The notes beneath the pieces are model-generated. The model was not told where the DNA came from and made no database searches. It saw only the letters and a list, made by a program, of their open reading frames with translations. A stretch of DNA of 6,909 nt from Amoebidium appalachense (taxonomy: Eukaryota; Protista; Ichthyosporea): NCBI GenBank assembly GCA_963693365.1, contig CAVNZM010000117.1, forward strand, positions 1 through 6,909, written 5' to 3'. Made by a program: the position numbers and the translations under genes. How positions within the stretch are numbered: position 1 is the stretch's first letter; every line of letters starts with the position of its first letter. Shown piece after piece: positions 6,883 to 6,909 of the stretch.

Positions 6883-6909
6883 TGCGTGCAAGCTCGCACA
6901 ATAAACCCA

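Noticed and set aside
6757-6891. N-terminal 45-aa extension of ORF 6214..6891
   Set aside because: It begins at TTG upstream of the TATA/Inr; the region is better explained as promoter and 5' UTR with the start at ATG 6756.
1-6909. Calling the window a mobile element as a feature
   Set aside because: No transposase, integrase, capsid or polymerase gene and no TIR or TSD is visible; element origin remains a hypothesis.

Overview
This is eukaryotic DNA (GT-AG introns, long G homopolymers, GT microsatellites), and all credible coding sequence lies on the minus strand. At the right end is an intronless, divergent KDM4/JMJD2-type JmjN+JmjC histone-demethylase core (ATG 6756 to about 5783/5739). 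The ORF track hides it because it is split over three frames by two single-base shifts. It has a TATA+Inr promoter and a perfect Kozak context. Directly downstream is a five-exon gene of unrecognised family (5198..1884) with a basic NLS-like stretch, a central globular region, an acidic tail and one further frameshift. It may be spliced in phase to the demethylase exon, giving a fusion of about 880 aa. The left 1.7 kb is non-coding: a 49-bp tandem array, a ~1-kb degenerate self-complementary 11-bp-period array (relatives also occur in two introns) and twin hairpins. The working hypothesis (inference) is cargo of a large mobile or viral-derived element carrying an anti-silencing chromatin eraser. 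No transposase or viral hallmark gene is visible in the window.
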